Positions 9,334 to 20,110 of a stretch of 64,000 nt of DNA are shown here, in pieces; the first letter of the stretch is position 1, and every line of letters begins with the position of its first letter. Origin of the DNA: Bdellovibrionales bacterium (GTDB lineage: Bacteria; Bdellovibrionota; Bdellovibrionia; Bdellovibrionales; JAUICD01); NCBI GenBank assembly GCA_965203275.1, contig OZ241865.1, positions 832,001 through 896,000 on the forward strand, read 5' to 3'. Below the pieces are notes generated by a model. That model saw nothing but the letters and a program-made list of their open reading frames with translations. It was not told the DNA's origin and made no database searches. The position numbers and the translations under genes are program-made.

Positions 9334-10404
9334 ATGTTCAATGAACTAGAAAACGTACAAACACGCTTTGCATCTATCAATGAACGCTTACAAGATCCAA
9401 CAGTGATAAAAGATCAAAAGCTCTATAGAGATCTTATGAAGGAGCATTCTGATCTTGAAGAAATCATCAATATTTATCAACAATATAAAAAAGTGCAAGA
9501 AGGAATCCACACTCACAATCAAATGCTCAAAAAAGAATCCGATCAAGAGCTTCTCACTTTAATTAAAGAAGAATTAGATCAACTATATAAACAATCAGAA
9601 GATTATACTCAAAAGCTAAAGTTATTGCTTTTGCCTAAAGACCCTAAGGACAATAAAAACGTTATTTTTGAAATAAGAGCTGGTGCTGGAGGAGATGAAG
9701 CTAGTTTATTTGCAGAGGAGCTTTTCCGTGCTTATAGTCTTTATGCTTCACAACAAAATTGGAAATCAGAAATTTTATCCACATCAGAAGGCAATGCTGG
9801 AGGTTATAAAGAAGTCATTGCTATGATGAGTGGTCAAAAGGTGTACAGTAAGTTAAAATATGAAAGTGGTGTTCATCGTGTGCAGAGGGTTCCTAAGACA
9901 GAAAGCCAAGGCCGTATCCATACCTCCACAGTGACAGTGGTGGTGTTAGCAGAAGCAGATGAGGTAGATATCCACATTGACCAAAACGATATACGCACAG
10001 ATGTTTATCGTTCTAGCGGAAGTGGAGGGCAACATGTCAACACAACAGATTCAGCTGTGAGGATCACACATATTCCAACGGGCTTGGTTGTTTCTTGTCA
10101 AGATGAGAAATCACAACTGAAGAATAAAAACAAAGCTATGAAAGTTCTAAGAGCTAGACTCTTAGACATGCAACAAGCACAGGCTAAACAAAAAGCTTCT
10201 GATCAAAGACTTGCACAAATTGGAACAGGAGATAGGTCAGAACGTATCAGGACTTATAATTTCCCTCAATCACGTGTCACCGATCACCGCATTGGATTAA
10301 CAACACACACATTAAATCAAATTATGAACGGCCAGCTCACAGAGATCATAGACGCAGCAACTGCTTATTTTCAAGCACAGCAACTTCTACAAAAGAAGAT
10401 GTAA
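9334..10404 (+). CDS. prfA: Peptide chain release factor 1
   Basis: EIRAGAGGDEA, GVHRVQRVPKTES (PxT), GGQHVN, RIRTYNFPQ. Confidence 0.98.
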   Translation: MFNELENVQTRFASINERLQDPTVIKDQKLYRDLMKEHSDLEEIINIYQQYKKVQEGIHTHNQMLKKESDQELLTLIKEELDQLYKQSEDYTQKLKLLLLPKDPKDNKNVIFEIRAGAGGDEASLFAEELFRAYSLYASQQNWKSEILSTSEGNAGGYKEVIAMMSGQKVYSKLKYESGVHRVQRVPKTESQGRIHTSTVTVVVLAEADEVDIHIDQNDIRTDVYRSSGSGGQHVNTTDSAVRITHIPTGLVVSCQDEKSQLKNKNKAMKVLRARLLDMQQAQAKQKASDQRLAQIGTGDRSERIRTYNFPQSRVTDHRIGLTTHTLNQIMNGQLTEIIDAATAYFQAQQLLQKKM

Positions 10405-11664
10405 TCCTTTAGTAGCAAAAGCTTGTCTGATAATGTTGGCATATTTCCCATTGAATTTTTGACGTTCTAAATTTAAAATTTTTACCCCGACTGTTTCAAA
10501 CGTATCATCACCAGAGATCACAGGCAGATGATCTGAAAAGAGCTGTAAAATTTCATCTTCATTGGTCAATGAGTTTTTATAAATATCCCACCAGATACCA
10601 GCATAAACATTACCCATGATATGAATTTCACCTCTTAGCTCATGGTTAATCCCACAGCTATTATATATAGCAATAGCTGTTTGCTCTCTTATAGAATCTA
10701 TATGTCTATTTGTACAAATGCCTAAGCCTCTCTCTAAGTTATTGCTGACGCCTTCACCAACGGAAGGAGGTATCTCATGGGCTGGGGAGGATAGAGATGA
10801 GAAGATCACAAGGGAATGAAAGTCAGCTTGACCTTCATTAATAGCTTTAAAACAACCTTTATAACTACGACAACAAAGAGTGCTATCATCATAGCAAATT
10901 TTATGTGTTCCATGATCTTGCGTATTCCGGTGAGGGTTAGAATAATAAAAAGAGGCATGAGCTGCTTCATGCAAAATAATATCTCCACTCATTGCAGCAG
11001 CAATACGACCTTCTAAAGTAAAATAACCTAAGGCAATTGTGCCTGAACCCTCCTCTGAATAATCAAAATAAGCATCATTTTCTAATGAAGTACGCAATGC
11101 ATAAACTTGTATGTTTTTATTTTCTGCATACCATCTTCCTGCTTTCTCTTGCATATAACTCATCTGGTACATAAGCCAATAATAGGTCATCACTTGTGCC
11201 AATTGATGATGAGGATCGTTAGCATACTCAAACTTCCATGTTCCATTTGCATCAGCTTGAACCCTTGGAACAGCTTGACCTTCATTTTGCCAGTCTATTT
11301 TGACATTGTAGGTAAGATTTTTTAGATATCTATCTGTTATACCTACAAGATTCACCCCATACGTTTGTAAAGAAGACAAATCGGTATCGAAAGTGATAGG
11401 GGGATAAAATGAGGCTTGATTTTGGGCGACTGGATTTTTCAAAAAAATACAGGCATTGTAATTTGATGAGGTCATACAGCTAGGGTCTAAAACCCCTTCT
11501 GACACAGGGATACTAGCTCTAAAAAGTCTGTCAGGTAATACAAATGAGTCGTTAGAGATATCGTTTAAATTGCAATTTTGATAAGCAATCAAAAAAAAGG
11601 GTAATAAAATGACTATAATAAGTGGGATGAACTTATGGAATCTTCTTTGAGCTTTGATCATCAT
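10387..11664 (-). CDS. Secreted/lipoprotein zinc metallopeptidase (gluzincin, M4/M36-like)
   Basis: Signal peptide ending AYQNC, HEAAH, AINEGQADF, EIHIMG. Confidence 0.75.
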   Translation of the reverse strand: MMIKAQRRFHKFIPLIIVILLPFFLIAYQNCNLNDISNDSFVLPDRLFRASIPVSEGVLDPSCMTSSNYNACIFLKNPVAQNQASFYPPITFDTDLSSLQTYGVNLVGITDRYLKNLTYNVKIDWQNEGQAVPRVQADANGTWKFEYANDPHHQLAQVMTYYWLMYQMSYMQEKAGRWYAENKNIQVYALRTSLENDAYFDYSEEGSGTIALGYFTLEGRIAAAMSGDIILHEAAHASFYYSNPHRNTQDHGTHKICYDDSTLCCRSYKGCFKAINEGQADFHSLVIFSSLSSPAHEIPPSVGEGVSNNLERGLGICTNRHIDSIREQTAIAIYNSCGINHELRGEIHIMGNVYAGIWWDIYKNSLTNEDEILQLFSDHLPVISGDDTFETVGVKILNLERQKFNGKYANIIRQAFATKGLHLLL

Positions 11665-11861
11665 TTGCTAAACCTTTAAAATTACTGTATTATTTTCAAA
11701 GTGACTCATTTTGAGAAAAGGATTTTTAGAGCTTACTCTCTGTTTATTCAATCGGCTTAAAATAAGAATAAATTAAGGATTTTTACTGTTAAATAAAAAA
11801 AATTAGCAATTAGCACCTCGTCAGTTTTTCTAATAATGATCCTCAGCAGATAGAATAAGGC

Positions 11862-12230
11862 TTACTCAGTATGGCCGTTATAGCTTGCAAACACTAAAGC
11901 CGTATAGCCATCTTTGTCTTGAAGATTGACGTTCGCACCATATTCTATCAATAACCTTATAATATCTATACGGAAGTTGTTTGAATAACTAAAATAACTA
12001 GCTCTAATTAAAGCCGTCCAGCCGTCATTTTCTCTTTGATAATTGACGTCCACACCTTTTTCTAGCAATTCCCTTACCGATCTATGGCTACCGAAAACAA
12101 CGCGATTTAATAAGTCATTATTGAGTAATTCCCTCTCACTTTGATTTGGCATAAGGCTTTCAGAATAAGCCCATAGAGAACCACTAGAAAAAAGCAAAGC
12201 AATAAATAAGATAAAAATATATTTTTTCAT
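11862..12230 (-). CDS. Secreted ankyrin-repeat protein, apparently truncated
   Basis: GVDVNYQ..DGWTALIRA and GANVNLQDKDGYTALVFASYNGHTE, which stops in mid-repeat. Confidence 0.8.
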   Translation of the reverse strand: MKKYIFILFIALLFSSGSLWAYSESLMPNQSERELLNNDLLNRVVFGSHRSVRELLEKGVDVNYQRENDGWTALIRASYFSYSNNFRIDIIRLLIEYGANVNLQDKDGYTALVFASYNGHTE

Positions 12231-12315
12231 TTGTACTTCTCCTTCTTTTTCTTCTTTGAATTAATTAATTTTTGATTTTATAACATCACACATCTAAAAA
12301 GTCAAGCCCTATTTA

Positions 12316-12388
12316 TTTTCACTAAAAATAAACCAGCCGTTGGTTCACTGAAAGTGGTCTGACCTCTGGTCACTTTGAGGGAAACAAC
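12316..12388 (-). repeat. Fragment of the modular repeat family
   Basis: TTTCACTAAAAATAAACCAGCC and GTGGTCTGACCTCTGGTCAC. Confidence 0.7.
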
Positions 12389-12437
12389 GCACGTATTTCT
12401 AAAAGAGGTACGTACGGGTAGATGAGGATCACCGAAG

Positions 12438-13727
12438 TTAGATAATCATAGGACCGAAGAAGGTAAGATGTTTAAAAACAAGGTTAGACAGTAGCCTCCC
12501 TTTTCGAGTTAATACCAATGTCAATGTCAATTCCATCTGTAATTTTTGATCTCTCTCATAATAATCATCATCATCATAAAAAAGCTTTAAATCATCAGAC
12601 TGTTGGATATCCTGACGCATAGGCATAGCATGAGGAGAACATTTAAAATGCATTAAACCTCTTTCTTTTAATACCTTACACCTATTAAGGACAATACCTC
12701 CAACCTGTGGGCCATATTTATTCACAAGGCTTTGATAACTTAATCCCTTAATTTTTCTTAATTGTGTATGGCAAAAATCTGTTAAAGACTGATGCATGAA
12801 AAGCTCTTCTCTATCTTTTTCTGGCTTTGCCTTATAAAAGCTTTTTTCTAAATTTAAATCTTCAACCCAAGTTTTATATTCAGACATCCTCCTAGGATTC
12901 CAAAATCTTACACCCCACTTTGATGGTACATCTGGAGCTTTTAAGTAAGAATGAGATGATAAACCCAAACCTAAATAAGCATGATCATTCCAATAAAGTA
13001 AATTGTGTTTGCTTTCAAATCCTACCTTTGCATAATTAGAAAGTTCATAACGAGAAAAATGATCCATTGTTAAGCTATCCTCCACACATTCCAACATTTC
13101 TACTTGTTCTGCTTCAGAAGGTCGATGAGCATAAAGTTTATTGCCAGGATTTACCTCTAAAAGATATGTGCTAATATGAGATGGTGAAAAACTTAAAAAA
13201 GTCTTTATATCTTCTTGTAAATCTTTTAAACTTTGTCTGGGCAAGCCAAAAAGCAAATCCATAGAAAATACAAACCCTTCCTTACAAACAGCTTCAATTG
13301 TTTTTTGAATATCTACAAAACGATGAATACGTCCTATTTGAGATAAAAAATCATTATTGCAAGTTTGTACTCCTAGACTCATACGATTCACTCCATGAGA
13401 TTTTAAAATAGACAAATCCCCTTCCATTGTTTTAGGATCAACTTCTATAGTGACCTCTTGGACTTGATCAAGGTGAAAACCTGCCTTTGCTATCTCATCA
13501 ATAAGCCAAACAATCTGATAAGGTTTGAGGACACTAGGCGTTCCTCCTCCAAAATAAATAGAAGTAGGTTTTTTATGACCAAAATGACAACCCATGTAAT
13601 GTATTTCTTTTTGAAGTAGGTTAAGATAACTTTTTATAAGGTCTTCTTTGACTTTGTATTTTGCAAAATCACAATAAGGACATAACTGAACACAAAAAGG
13701 AATATGTATGTACAAACCAAAAGACAT
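12438..13727 (-). CDS. hemW: Radical-SAM heme chaperone HemW (HemN-like)
   Basis: YIHIPFCVQLCPYCDF, YFGGGTPS, YELSNYA...SKHNLLYW. Confidence 0.92.
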   Translation of the reverse strand: MSFGLYIHIPFCVQLCPYCDFAKYKVKEDLIKSYLNLLQKEIHYMGCHFGHKKPTSIYFGGGTPSVLKPYQIVWLIDEIAKAGFHLDQVQEVTIEVDPKTMEGDLSILKSHGVNRMSLGVQTCNNDFLSQIGRIHRFVDIQKTIEAVCKEGFVFSMDLLFGLPRQSLKDLQEDIKTFLSFSPSHISTYLLEVNPGNKLYAHRPSEAEQVEMLECVEDSLTMDHFSRYELSNYAKVGFESKHNLLYWNDHAYLGLGLSSHSYLKAPDVPSKWGVRFWNPRRMSEYKTWVEDLNLEKSFYKAKPEKDREELFMHQSLTDFCHTQLRKIKGLSYQSLVNKYGPQVGGIVLNRCKVLKERGLMHFKCSPHAMPMRQDIQQSDDLKLFYDDDDYYERDQKLQMELTLTLVLTRKGRLLSNLVFKHLTFFGPMII

Positions 13728-16299
13728 AATTTCTTATACTTCAAAATATGACAAATATCAACTTTCAAATGGCATCACTGTTTTACTTGTAGAAAGTCAT
13801 AAATCTCCTGTGATCTCTGTACAAGCTTGGGTGCATACAGGGAGCCGAAACGAAACAAAAGAAAGTCAAAAAGGCATAACACACTTCATTGAACATCTTC
13901 TCTTTAAAACAACAGAAAACTTTAAAGTAGGAGAGATTGCATCTCTTGTAGAAGGAGCAGGTGGGCAACTCAATGCCTATACCACCTACGATCACACTGT
14001 TTTTTATATCACCATTGCAAGTCAATATACCTCTATTGCTTTTAAAGCTCTTAGTCAAATGATTGTCTTTCCTACCTTTGAAAGCCAAAGTATTGACGAT
14101 GAACGCGAAGTGGTTATCGAAGAGATGAAAAGATCAAAAGATAGCCCTCATCATCAGTCTTCGGATTTGATTTTTTCTACAATGTATCAAGGTCATCCTT
14201 ATAGTTACCCTATTTTAGGTTATGAGAAAAACATTCGCAATCTCACTCCTGATCAAATTGCTCATTATTATCGAACACACTACCACCCTACCAATATCAC
14301 CCTTGTTATTGCAGGAGACTTTAAAGCTTCCATCATTAAACATATAATTGAAAAATACTTTAAACCTCTTAAAAAACAAAAACCCTTACCACTTAAGCAA
14401 GATTCTTTCCATGAACCTAAACATGTCAGCACTTTAAAAGCTCCTTTTGAAGAAACACATATTCATTTAGCTTGGAGGCTATCACCTGATTTCAATAAAG
14501 ATTTACCAGCTTTAGATGCACTTTCTGTGATCTTAGGACAAGGGCATAGCTCTCGTTTATATAATCAATTAAGAATACAAAATTTATATGTCAATAATGT
14601 GAGCTGTTATACCTACACACTTTTAAGTAGTGGACTGTTTGTGATATCTTGTATGTTACCCGAAGATAAAATTCATCCTACCTTAGATATTTTAGCAAAA
14701 GAGCTTTTATCTTTATTAACCCAGAGAGTAGATCTCAAAGAACTTCAAAAAGCTAAAACACTTATAGAAAGTGAAGAATATTACGAAATGGAAACAGTCG
14801 ACGGTCTTTCAGAAAAGTATGGATATTATGAAAGTATGTATGGCGATCCTGATTACTCAAAGACATATCTTGATAAACTGCAATCTTTAAGGTCTCAGGA
14901 TTTAATACATGCAGCTCAAGCTTACCTTTCTGTAAAAGATTTTTCTCTTTGTGTGATGACCAAAGATCCAGACAAGCATAAAACCAAGCTAGAAAAATGG
15001 TTTAAACATTATCAAGATCACATTTGTTCAAAGTTTCTTGCCAAATCAAATAAACAACAACCCCAAAAGTCAGGAGTACAAAAAGTTCAATACACTTCAG
15101 GTGTGAGACTGTATATGTATCCATCTTCTCAAACACCTACAGTTAGTTTAGATATAGGCTTTGATGGTGGAGGGCTTGTGGCTGTTCCTTGTGGTCTTAT
15201 GGGCATTGCAGAGCTTACAAAACGTGTTTGGCCTACAGCAACTAAAGATCACACAGAGGTATCACTTAAAAGTAAGTTGGATCAATTAGCCTCTTTCTTA
15301 CATGGTTTCACAGGAAGGAACTCTATGGGTTTAAGTTTAACAACTCTGTCATCTTCTTTGAACGAAACTATCACACTTTTAAAAGATGTATTGCAACGTC
15401 CTCTTTTCTTAAAAGATATTATTGCAAGAGAAAAAGTAGCTATGCTTAAAAAACTTGAAAAACGTAAAGACGATCCTTTTAGAATAGCTATGAGACTCTT
15501 TGAACAGACTTTATTTCAAGATCATCCTTATGGCATAGACCCTTTAGGTCATGCGGACTCATTAGATAAAATTTCTCAAGAAGATATTATCTCTTATTGG
15601 AAAAAAGTCCTAAATCCTCAACATCAAGTGATCTCTGTTGTAGGAGATTTTGATCCTCTTTGGATGAAAGAGAAATTTGCAGAAATATTAGAAGCTATCC
15701 CTCGAAGTGATACAGATATTTTACATCCTGTATTCAAACCTCTTTCTGAGCCTCAAGAAGTCTTTCATCAAATGAAAGACAAAGCTCAGAGGTCAATTGT
15801 ATTAGGTTATAAAGGGTTGACCTTACAGGATCCTAGGCGTTTTGCTTTAGAAGTTTTAGAGTCTATTTTATCAGGGCAATCAGGGCGTTTATTCCTGCAT
15901 TTACGAGATCAAGCTTCTTTAGCATATACAGTCAGCCCCATATCTTTGACCGGGAAGGATGGAGGTTTTTTTGCAACTTATATCGCTTGTCAGCCAGATA
16001 AGACAAAGCAAGCTGTTGATATGATCAGATCAGAGCTTCAAAAGCTTTGCAATGAGCTTGTATCAAGTGAGGAGTTAGAAAGAGCAAAGCAATATTTAAT
16101 AGGTCATCATAATATCGCTCTACAAAAAAATTCTGCTTTGAGTGCAGCTATTTTCTCTAGAGAGATTTATGGACTTTCTTATAAAGAGATATTCAATTAT
16201 GCCCAGGAGATAAAAAAGATCACAGCAGAGCAAATCTTAGAATTGTCACAAAATTTATTTAAACAGCAACCAGATGTGTTGATCACCTGTGGTCCTTGA
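13708..16299 (+). CDS. M16 (pitrilysin-family) zinc peptidase, fused two-unit form
   Basis: HFIEH (HxxEH), NAYTTYDHT, duplicated M16 domains. Confidence 0.93.
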   Translation: MYKPKDIISYTSKYDKYQLSNGITVLLVESHKSPVISVQAWVHTGSRNETKESQKGITHFIEHLLFKTTENFKVGEIASLVEGAGGQLNAYTTYDHTVFYITIASQYTSIAFKALSQMIVFPTFESQSIDDEREVVIEEMKRSKDSPHHQSSDLIFSTMYQGHPYSYPILGYEKNIRNLTPDQIAHYYRTHYHPTNITLVIAGDFKASIIKHIIEKYFKPLKKQKPLPLKQDSFHEPKHVSTLKAPFEETHIHLAWRLSPDFNKDLPALDALSVILGQGHSSRLYNQLRIQNLYVNNVSCYTYTLLSSGLFVISCMLPEDKIHPTLDILAKELLSLLTQRVDLKELQKAKTLIESEEYYEMETVDGLSEKYGYYESMYGDPDYSKTYLDKLQSLRSQDLIHAAQAYLSVKDFSLCVMTKDPDKHKTKLEKWFKHYQDHICSKFLAKSNKQQPQKSGVQKVQYTSGVRLYMYPSSQTPTVSLDIGFDGGGLVAVPCGLMGIAELTKRVWPTATKDHTEVSLKSKLDQLASFLHGFTGRNSMGLSLTTLSSSLNETITLLKDVLQRPLFLKDIIAREKVAMLKKLEKRKDDPFRIAMRLFEQTLFQDHPYGIDPLGHADSLDKISQEDIISYWKKVLNPQHQVISVVGDFDPLWMKEKFAEILEAIPRSDTDILHPVFKPLSEPQEVFHQMKDKAQRSIVLGYKGLTLQDPRRFALEVLESILSGQSGRLFLHLRDQASLAYTVSPISLTGKDGGFFATYIACQPDKTKQAVDMIRSELQKLCNELVSSEELERAKQYLIGHHNIALQKNSALSAAIFSREIYGLSYKEIFNYAQEIKKITAEQILELSQNLFKQQPDVLITCGP

Positions 16300-16541
16300 C
16301 TCATCAACATTTGGTTTTTAAATTTCCAAAAAGACAGACTCTGCATAACACAATCTATGGTATGGACTTTAAAAAATAGAAATTTTTTAAAAATATTTCT
16401 TACTTTTGTCTTGACTTTATTAACTGGCTTAATAAGACTAAAGCCATACTACTTAAAATGATCTTGGCTTCTAAATTCTAGTCAACTTTTGATGATTTTG
16501 ATGGATGATTTTTGATGATAGGATATAAAGGAGTTTTAATC

Positions 16542-18125
16542 ATGTCACTTCAAAATGAAAACTACCTCAACCATGGAAAGGGGTTATGGTCTTGGTTGAC
16601 AACATTAGACCATAAGAGAATTGGTTTGATGTATTTTATTATGATTTCTTTCTTTCTACTTTTAGGTGGAATTTTTGCTCTTTTGATTCGTTTAGAATTG
16701 ATTGCACCTGGGCAGCAGTTTTTTGATGCGGATACCTACAATCAATTTATGACTTATCACGGAGCCATTATGGTTTTTTTGGTGATTATTCCTGGTATTC
16801 CAGCCTTTTTAGGTAATTTTATTTTGCCATTACAGATTGGTGCAAAGGATGTGGCTTTCCCTCGCTTAAATCTTTTAAGTTGGTATCTTTTATTGATTGG
16901 GGCTATATTGGCTGTGTCTTCTCTATTTTTTGGAGGTGTAGATACAGGTTGGACTTTTTATACTCCTTATAGTTCATTAAAGTCACAAGGTGGAGTGACC
17001 TTTATGACCTTTGGGGCTTTTATTGCAGGTTTTTCATCTGTTTTGACAGGTCTTAACTTTATTGCCACTATTCATAACTTAAGAGTCCCTGGTATGACTT
17101 TTCATAATATGCCTTTATTTATATGGAGTTTATATTCAACAGCTATTTTGCAGGTCATTGCCACACCTGTTTTAGGGATCACGCTTTTGTTGTTAGTGAT
17201 GGAGAAGGCCTTTGGTGTAGGTATTTTTGATGCCTCATTAGGGGGTGACCCTGTGTTATTTCAACACTTCTTTTGGTTTTATTCTCACCCTGCTGTGTAC
17301 ATTATGATTTTACCTGCGATGGGCATTATCAGTGAACTCATTACAACTTTTTCAAGAAAGACTATTTTTGGTTATAAAGCAATTGCTTATTCGAGTGTAG
17401 GGATTGCAGGCATTAGTTTTTTTGTGTGGGGTCACCACATGTATGTCAGTGGTCAGTCAGAATTTGCAAACATGATTTTTTCTGTCTTGACTGTTTTAGT
17501 AGGAGTACCTACGGCTATTAAAACATTTAATTGGATAGCGACCATGTACAAAGGGTCTATTTTGTTAGCATCGCCCATGCTTTATGCTCTTGGATTTTTA
17601 TTTATTTTTACAATTGGGGGGTTGACAGGGATTTATCTTGCGACCATTGCCATTGATATGCATTTGCATGATACATATTTTGTTGTAGCTCACTTTCATT
17701 ATGTGATGGTAGGTGGAACAATTATGTCTTTGATGGGAGGTATTTTGTATTGGTATCCTAAGATGTTTGGAAAGATGCACAATGAATTCTTAGCTAAGAT
17801 GTCATGGGCTTTTGTGTTTATAGGATTTAATGTGACCTTTTTCCCGCAGTTTATTTTAGGTAATTTAGGTATGCCTCGTCGTTACCATGATTATATTCCT
17901 GAATTTGCTAACTTAAACATGATCTCCACAGTGGGATCGTGGATGATTGGCATTGGCTTATTACTTGTACTATTGTGTTTATTGGAAGGATTCTTTTCTG
18001 ATCGTAAGGCTTTAGCAAACCCTTGGGGAGCTAAGACTTTAGAGTGGCAAACTCCATCCCCTCCACCACATGAAAACTTTGAAAAAACACCAGCTGCACC
18101 GCAGGGGCCTTATGAGTATCGTTAA
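16542..18125 (+). CDS. ctaD: Cytochrome c oxidase subunit I (A-type, YS variant)
   Basis: [46 protein letters not shown] before MSLQ. Confidence 0.97.
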   Translation: MSLQNENYLNHGKGLWSWLTTLDHKRIGLMYFIMISFFLLLGGIFALLIRLELIAPGQQFFDADTYNQFMTYHGAIMVFLVIIPGIPAFLGNFILPLQIGAKDVAFPRLNLLSWYLLLIGAILAVSSLFFGGVDTGWTFYTPYSSLKSQGGVTFMTFGAFIAGFSSVLTGLNFIATIHNLRVPGMTFHNMPLFIWSLYSTAILQVIATPVLGITLLLLVMEKAFGVGIFDASLGGDPVLFQHFFWFYSHPAVYIMILPAMGIISELITTFSRKTIFGYKAIAYSSVGIAGISFFVWGHHMYVSGQSEFANMIFSVLTVLVGVPTAIKTFNWIATMYKGSILLASPMLYALGFLFIFTIGGLTGIYLATIAIDMHLHDTYFVVAHFHYVMVGGTIMSLMGGILYWYPKMFGKMHNEFLAKMSWAFVFIGFNVTFFPQFILGNLGMPRRYHDYIPEFANLNMISTVGSWMIGIGLLLVLLCLLEGFFSDRKALANPWGAKTLEWQTPSPPPHENFEKTPAAPQGPYEYR

Positions 18126-18762
18126 GCCAGCAAAACCTTATCATCATGCTCATCATTTTGACTCTTTAGAGCAGGAGTACCAAACTTCTAAGTTTGGTGT
18201 GTGGCTCTTTATGGTCACAGAAATTCTCATGTTTGGTGGTTTATTTGTTGGCTTTGCTATTTTCAATAATATTTATCCTGAGATTTTTGAAGAAGGGGCT
18301 ACTTTTTTAGATTGGAAAATGGGGGCAATCAATACAGTTGTGCTATTGACAAGCTCTTTGACCATGGCATTGGGTATTCATTATATTCAAGTAGACAAAA
18401 GAGACGTTGCTTTGTGGAATTTATTAGCAACAGTAGCTTGTGGCTTGATCTTTATGGTGATCAAGTATTTTGAGTACAATCATAAGTTTCACTTAGGTTT
18501 ATTTCCTGGGGCAGAGTTTGCTTATGATGGATCTATGGATGCAAAAAACTTAGCTTTATTTTTCAGTTTTTATTTTTGTATGACAGGGTTACATGGAATT
18601 CATGTATTAGCAGGGATGAGTTTAATCACGTGGGTAGCTTATCGGCATTGGAGAGGAGATTTTAATCCCCAACACTTTACAGCTGTAGAGGGGGTCGGTC
18701 TATTCTGGCATATTGTAGATTTAATTTGGATTTATTTATTTCCATTACTGTATTTAGTGTAA
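18112..18762 (+). CDS. ctaE: Cytochrome c oxidase subunit III
   Basis: [32 protein letters not shown]. Confidence 0.95.
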   Translation: MSIVKPAKPYHHAHHFDSLEQEYQTSKFGVWLFMVTEILMFGGLFVGFAIFNNIYPEIFEEGATFLDWKMGAINTVVLLTSSLTMALGIHYIQVDKRDVALWNLLATVACGLIFMVIKYFEYNHKFHLGLFPGAEFAYDGSMDAKNLALFFSFYFCMTGLHGIHVLAGMSLITWVAYRHWRGDFNPQHFTAVEGVGLFWHIVDLIWIYLFPLLYLV

Positions 18763-18805
18763 AGTATAAAAAGTTAAAAAATTTATCTGTTAAATGAGGT
18801 TTATC

Positions 18806-19132
18806 ATGCAGAAAGCAGGTGGGCATCACATAACGCCTTTTAAGACATATCTTTGGGTTTACTTTTCATTGTTGGTATTGACAGTGGTAACAGTGGCTGC
18901 ATCCAGAGTCGATTTGGGAGCAAATATCATAAATGTTTCGGTAGCCATGTTGATTGCATCGCTAAAGGCTATGATTGTGATCTTGTGGTTTATGCATCAA
19001 AAGTATGAAACAAATTTGAATAGGGTTACTTTTTTCTTAGCTTTTTTGTTTGTATTTGTCTTTTTTATTTTCAGTAGTATAGATGTTTTCACCAGGGATT
19101 TTTTAATCAATACTTTCAAAAGTAGCCAATAA
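18806..19132 (+). CDS. ctaF: Cytochrome c oxidase subunit IV
   Basis: Three TM helices, KA....FMH.KY motif, operon position. Confidence 0.85.
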   Translation: MQKAGGHHITPFKTYLWVYFSLLVLTVVTVAASRVDLGANIINVSVAMLIASLKAMIVILWFMHQKYETNLNRVTFFLAFLFVFVFFIFSSIDVFTRDFLINTFKSSQ

Positions 19133-19243
19133 ACCCTTGTAGCAATGTACAACCTTAGGCGTTGAGTCGCTCTTATTTCAAAATAACCAATAAAATCATT
19201 GTAGTAAGTAGCAACATATAGTATATAGGTATAGGTTAAACTT

Positions 19244-20110
19244 ATGAAATTTGGAGGACATGAGACCTTTCACTTAAGAGATCATTGGATTTTCAAAGGT
19301 ATGAAAATGATCGAAGATTATGGTGATCTATTTGCTCAGCCTGAAAAATCTATAGAAGTTTTAGGCGTGGGAACCAACATGGTCAAATCCATAAAATATT
19401 GGCTTAGAGCCACTCAAATGATCACAATACAAAAAGGAAAAGCTATCAAAAGTCCACTTGGAAAGCATTTAAGTTATTTTGATCCTTATTATGATCAATT
19501 AGGTTCTGCTTGGATTTTGCATTATTTTTTGTCTTCTAACAAAGAGAATGCTACGACATGGTTTTGGTTCTTTAATAAATTTGGCGTCAGTGAGTTTACA
19601 GTAGATTCTATTATTTATCATCTTGAAAACTACTGCAATTCTGTTGGTAAAACGATCAAATTAAGTACTTTGACAAAAGACGTCCATACGCTCTTGAGAA
19701 TGTATACAAAGCCAGAATTTCATGGCAATAAAACACCTGAAGATATTCATATTTGTCCTTTATCCGGACTTTCTTTAATAAAGAGGCTTTCAAATAATTC
19801 TTATAGAGTTGAAGGCCCAGATATTGATGATTTACCCACAGAAATCTTTGGATACACATTGATATACTTTTGGAGGAATCAGTTAGAAGAAATATCAGAG
19901 TTTTCTTTTGATGAATTAATGAATAAAGATACTTCACCTGTAAAAATATTTTGTTTAAATTCTGACAAAGTGATTGAGCTTTTAGATAGACTTGTAGAAT
20001 TATTCCCTAAAACTTTTAGTATAAGTCGTTCTGGCGGTTTTTTTACCATTTCAGTACATCCTTCTGTAGTGGAAAAAAGTATCATAGGTTCTTATTATGC
20101 AAAACAATAA
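19244..20110 (+). CDS. sspB: DUF4007-family protein, SspB-like nickase
   Basis: FGGHETFHLR..W..KG and LGVGTNMVKSIKYW are DUF4007 signatures; Ssp gene context. Confidence 0.88.
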   Translation: MKFGGHETFHLRDHWIFKGMKMIEDYGDLFAQPEKSIEVLGVGTNMVKSIKYWLRATQMITIQKGKAIKSPLGKHLSYFDPYYDQLGSAWILHYFLSSNKENATTWFWFFNKFGVSEFTVDSIIYHLENYCNSVGKTIKLSTLTKDVHTLLRMYTKPEFHGNKTPEDIHICPLSGLSLIKRLSNNSYRVEGPDIDDLPTEIFGYTLIYFWRNQLEEISEFSFDELMNKDTSPVKIFCLNSDKVIELLDRLVELFPKTFSISRSGGFFTISVHPSVVEKSIIGSYYAKQ

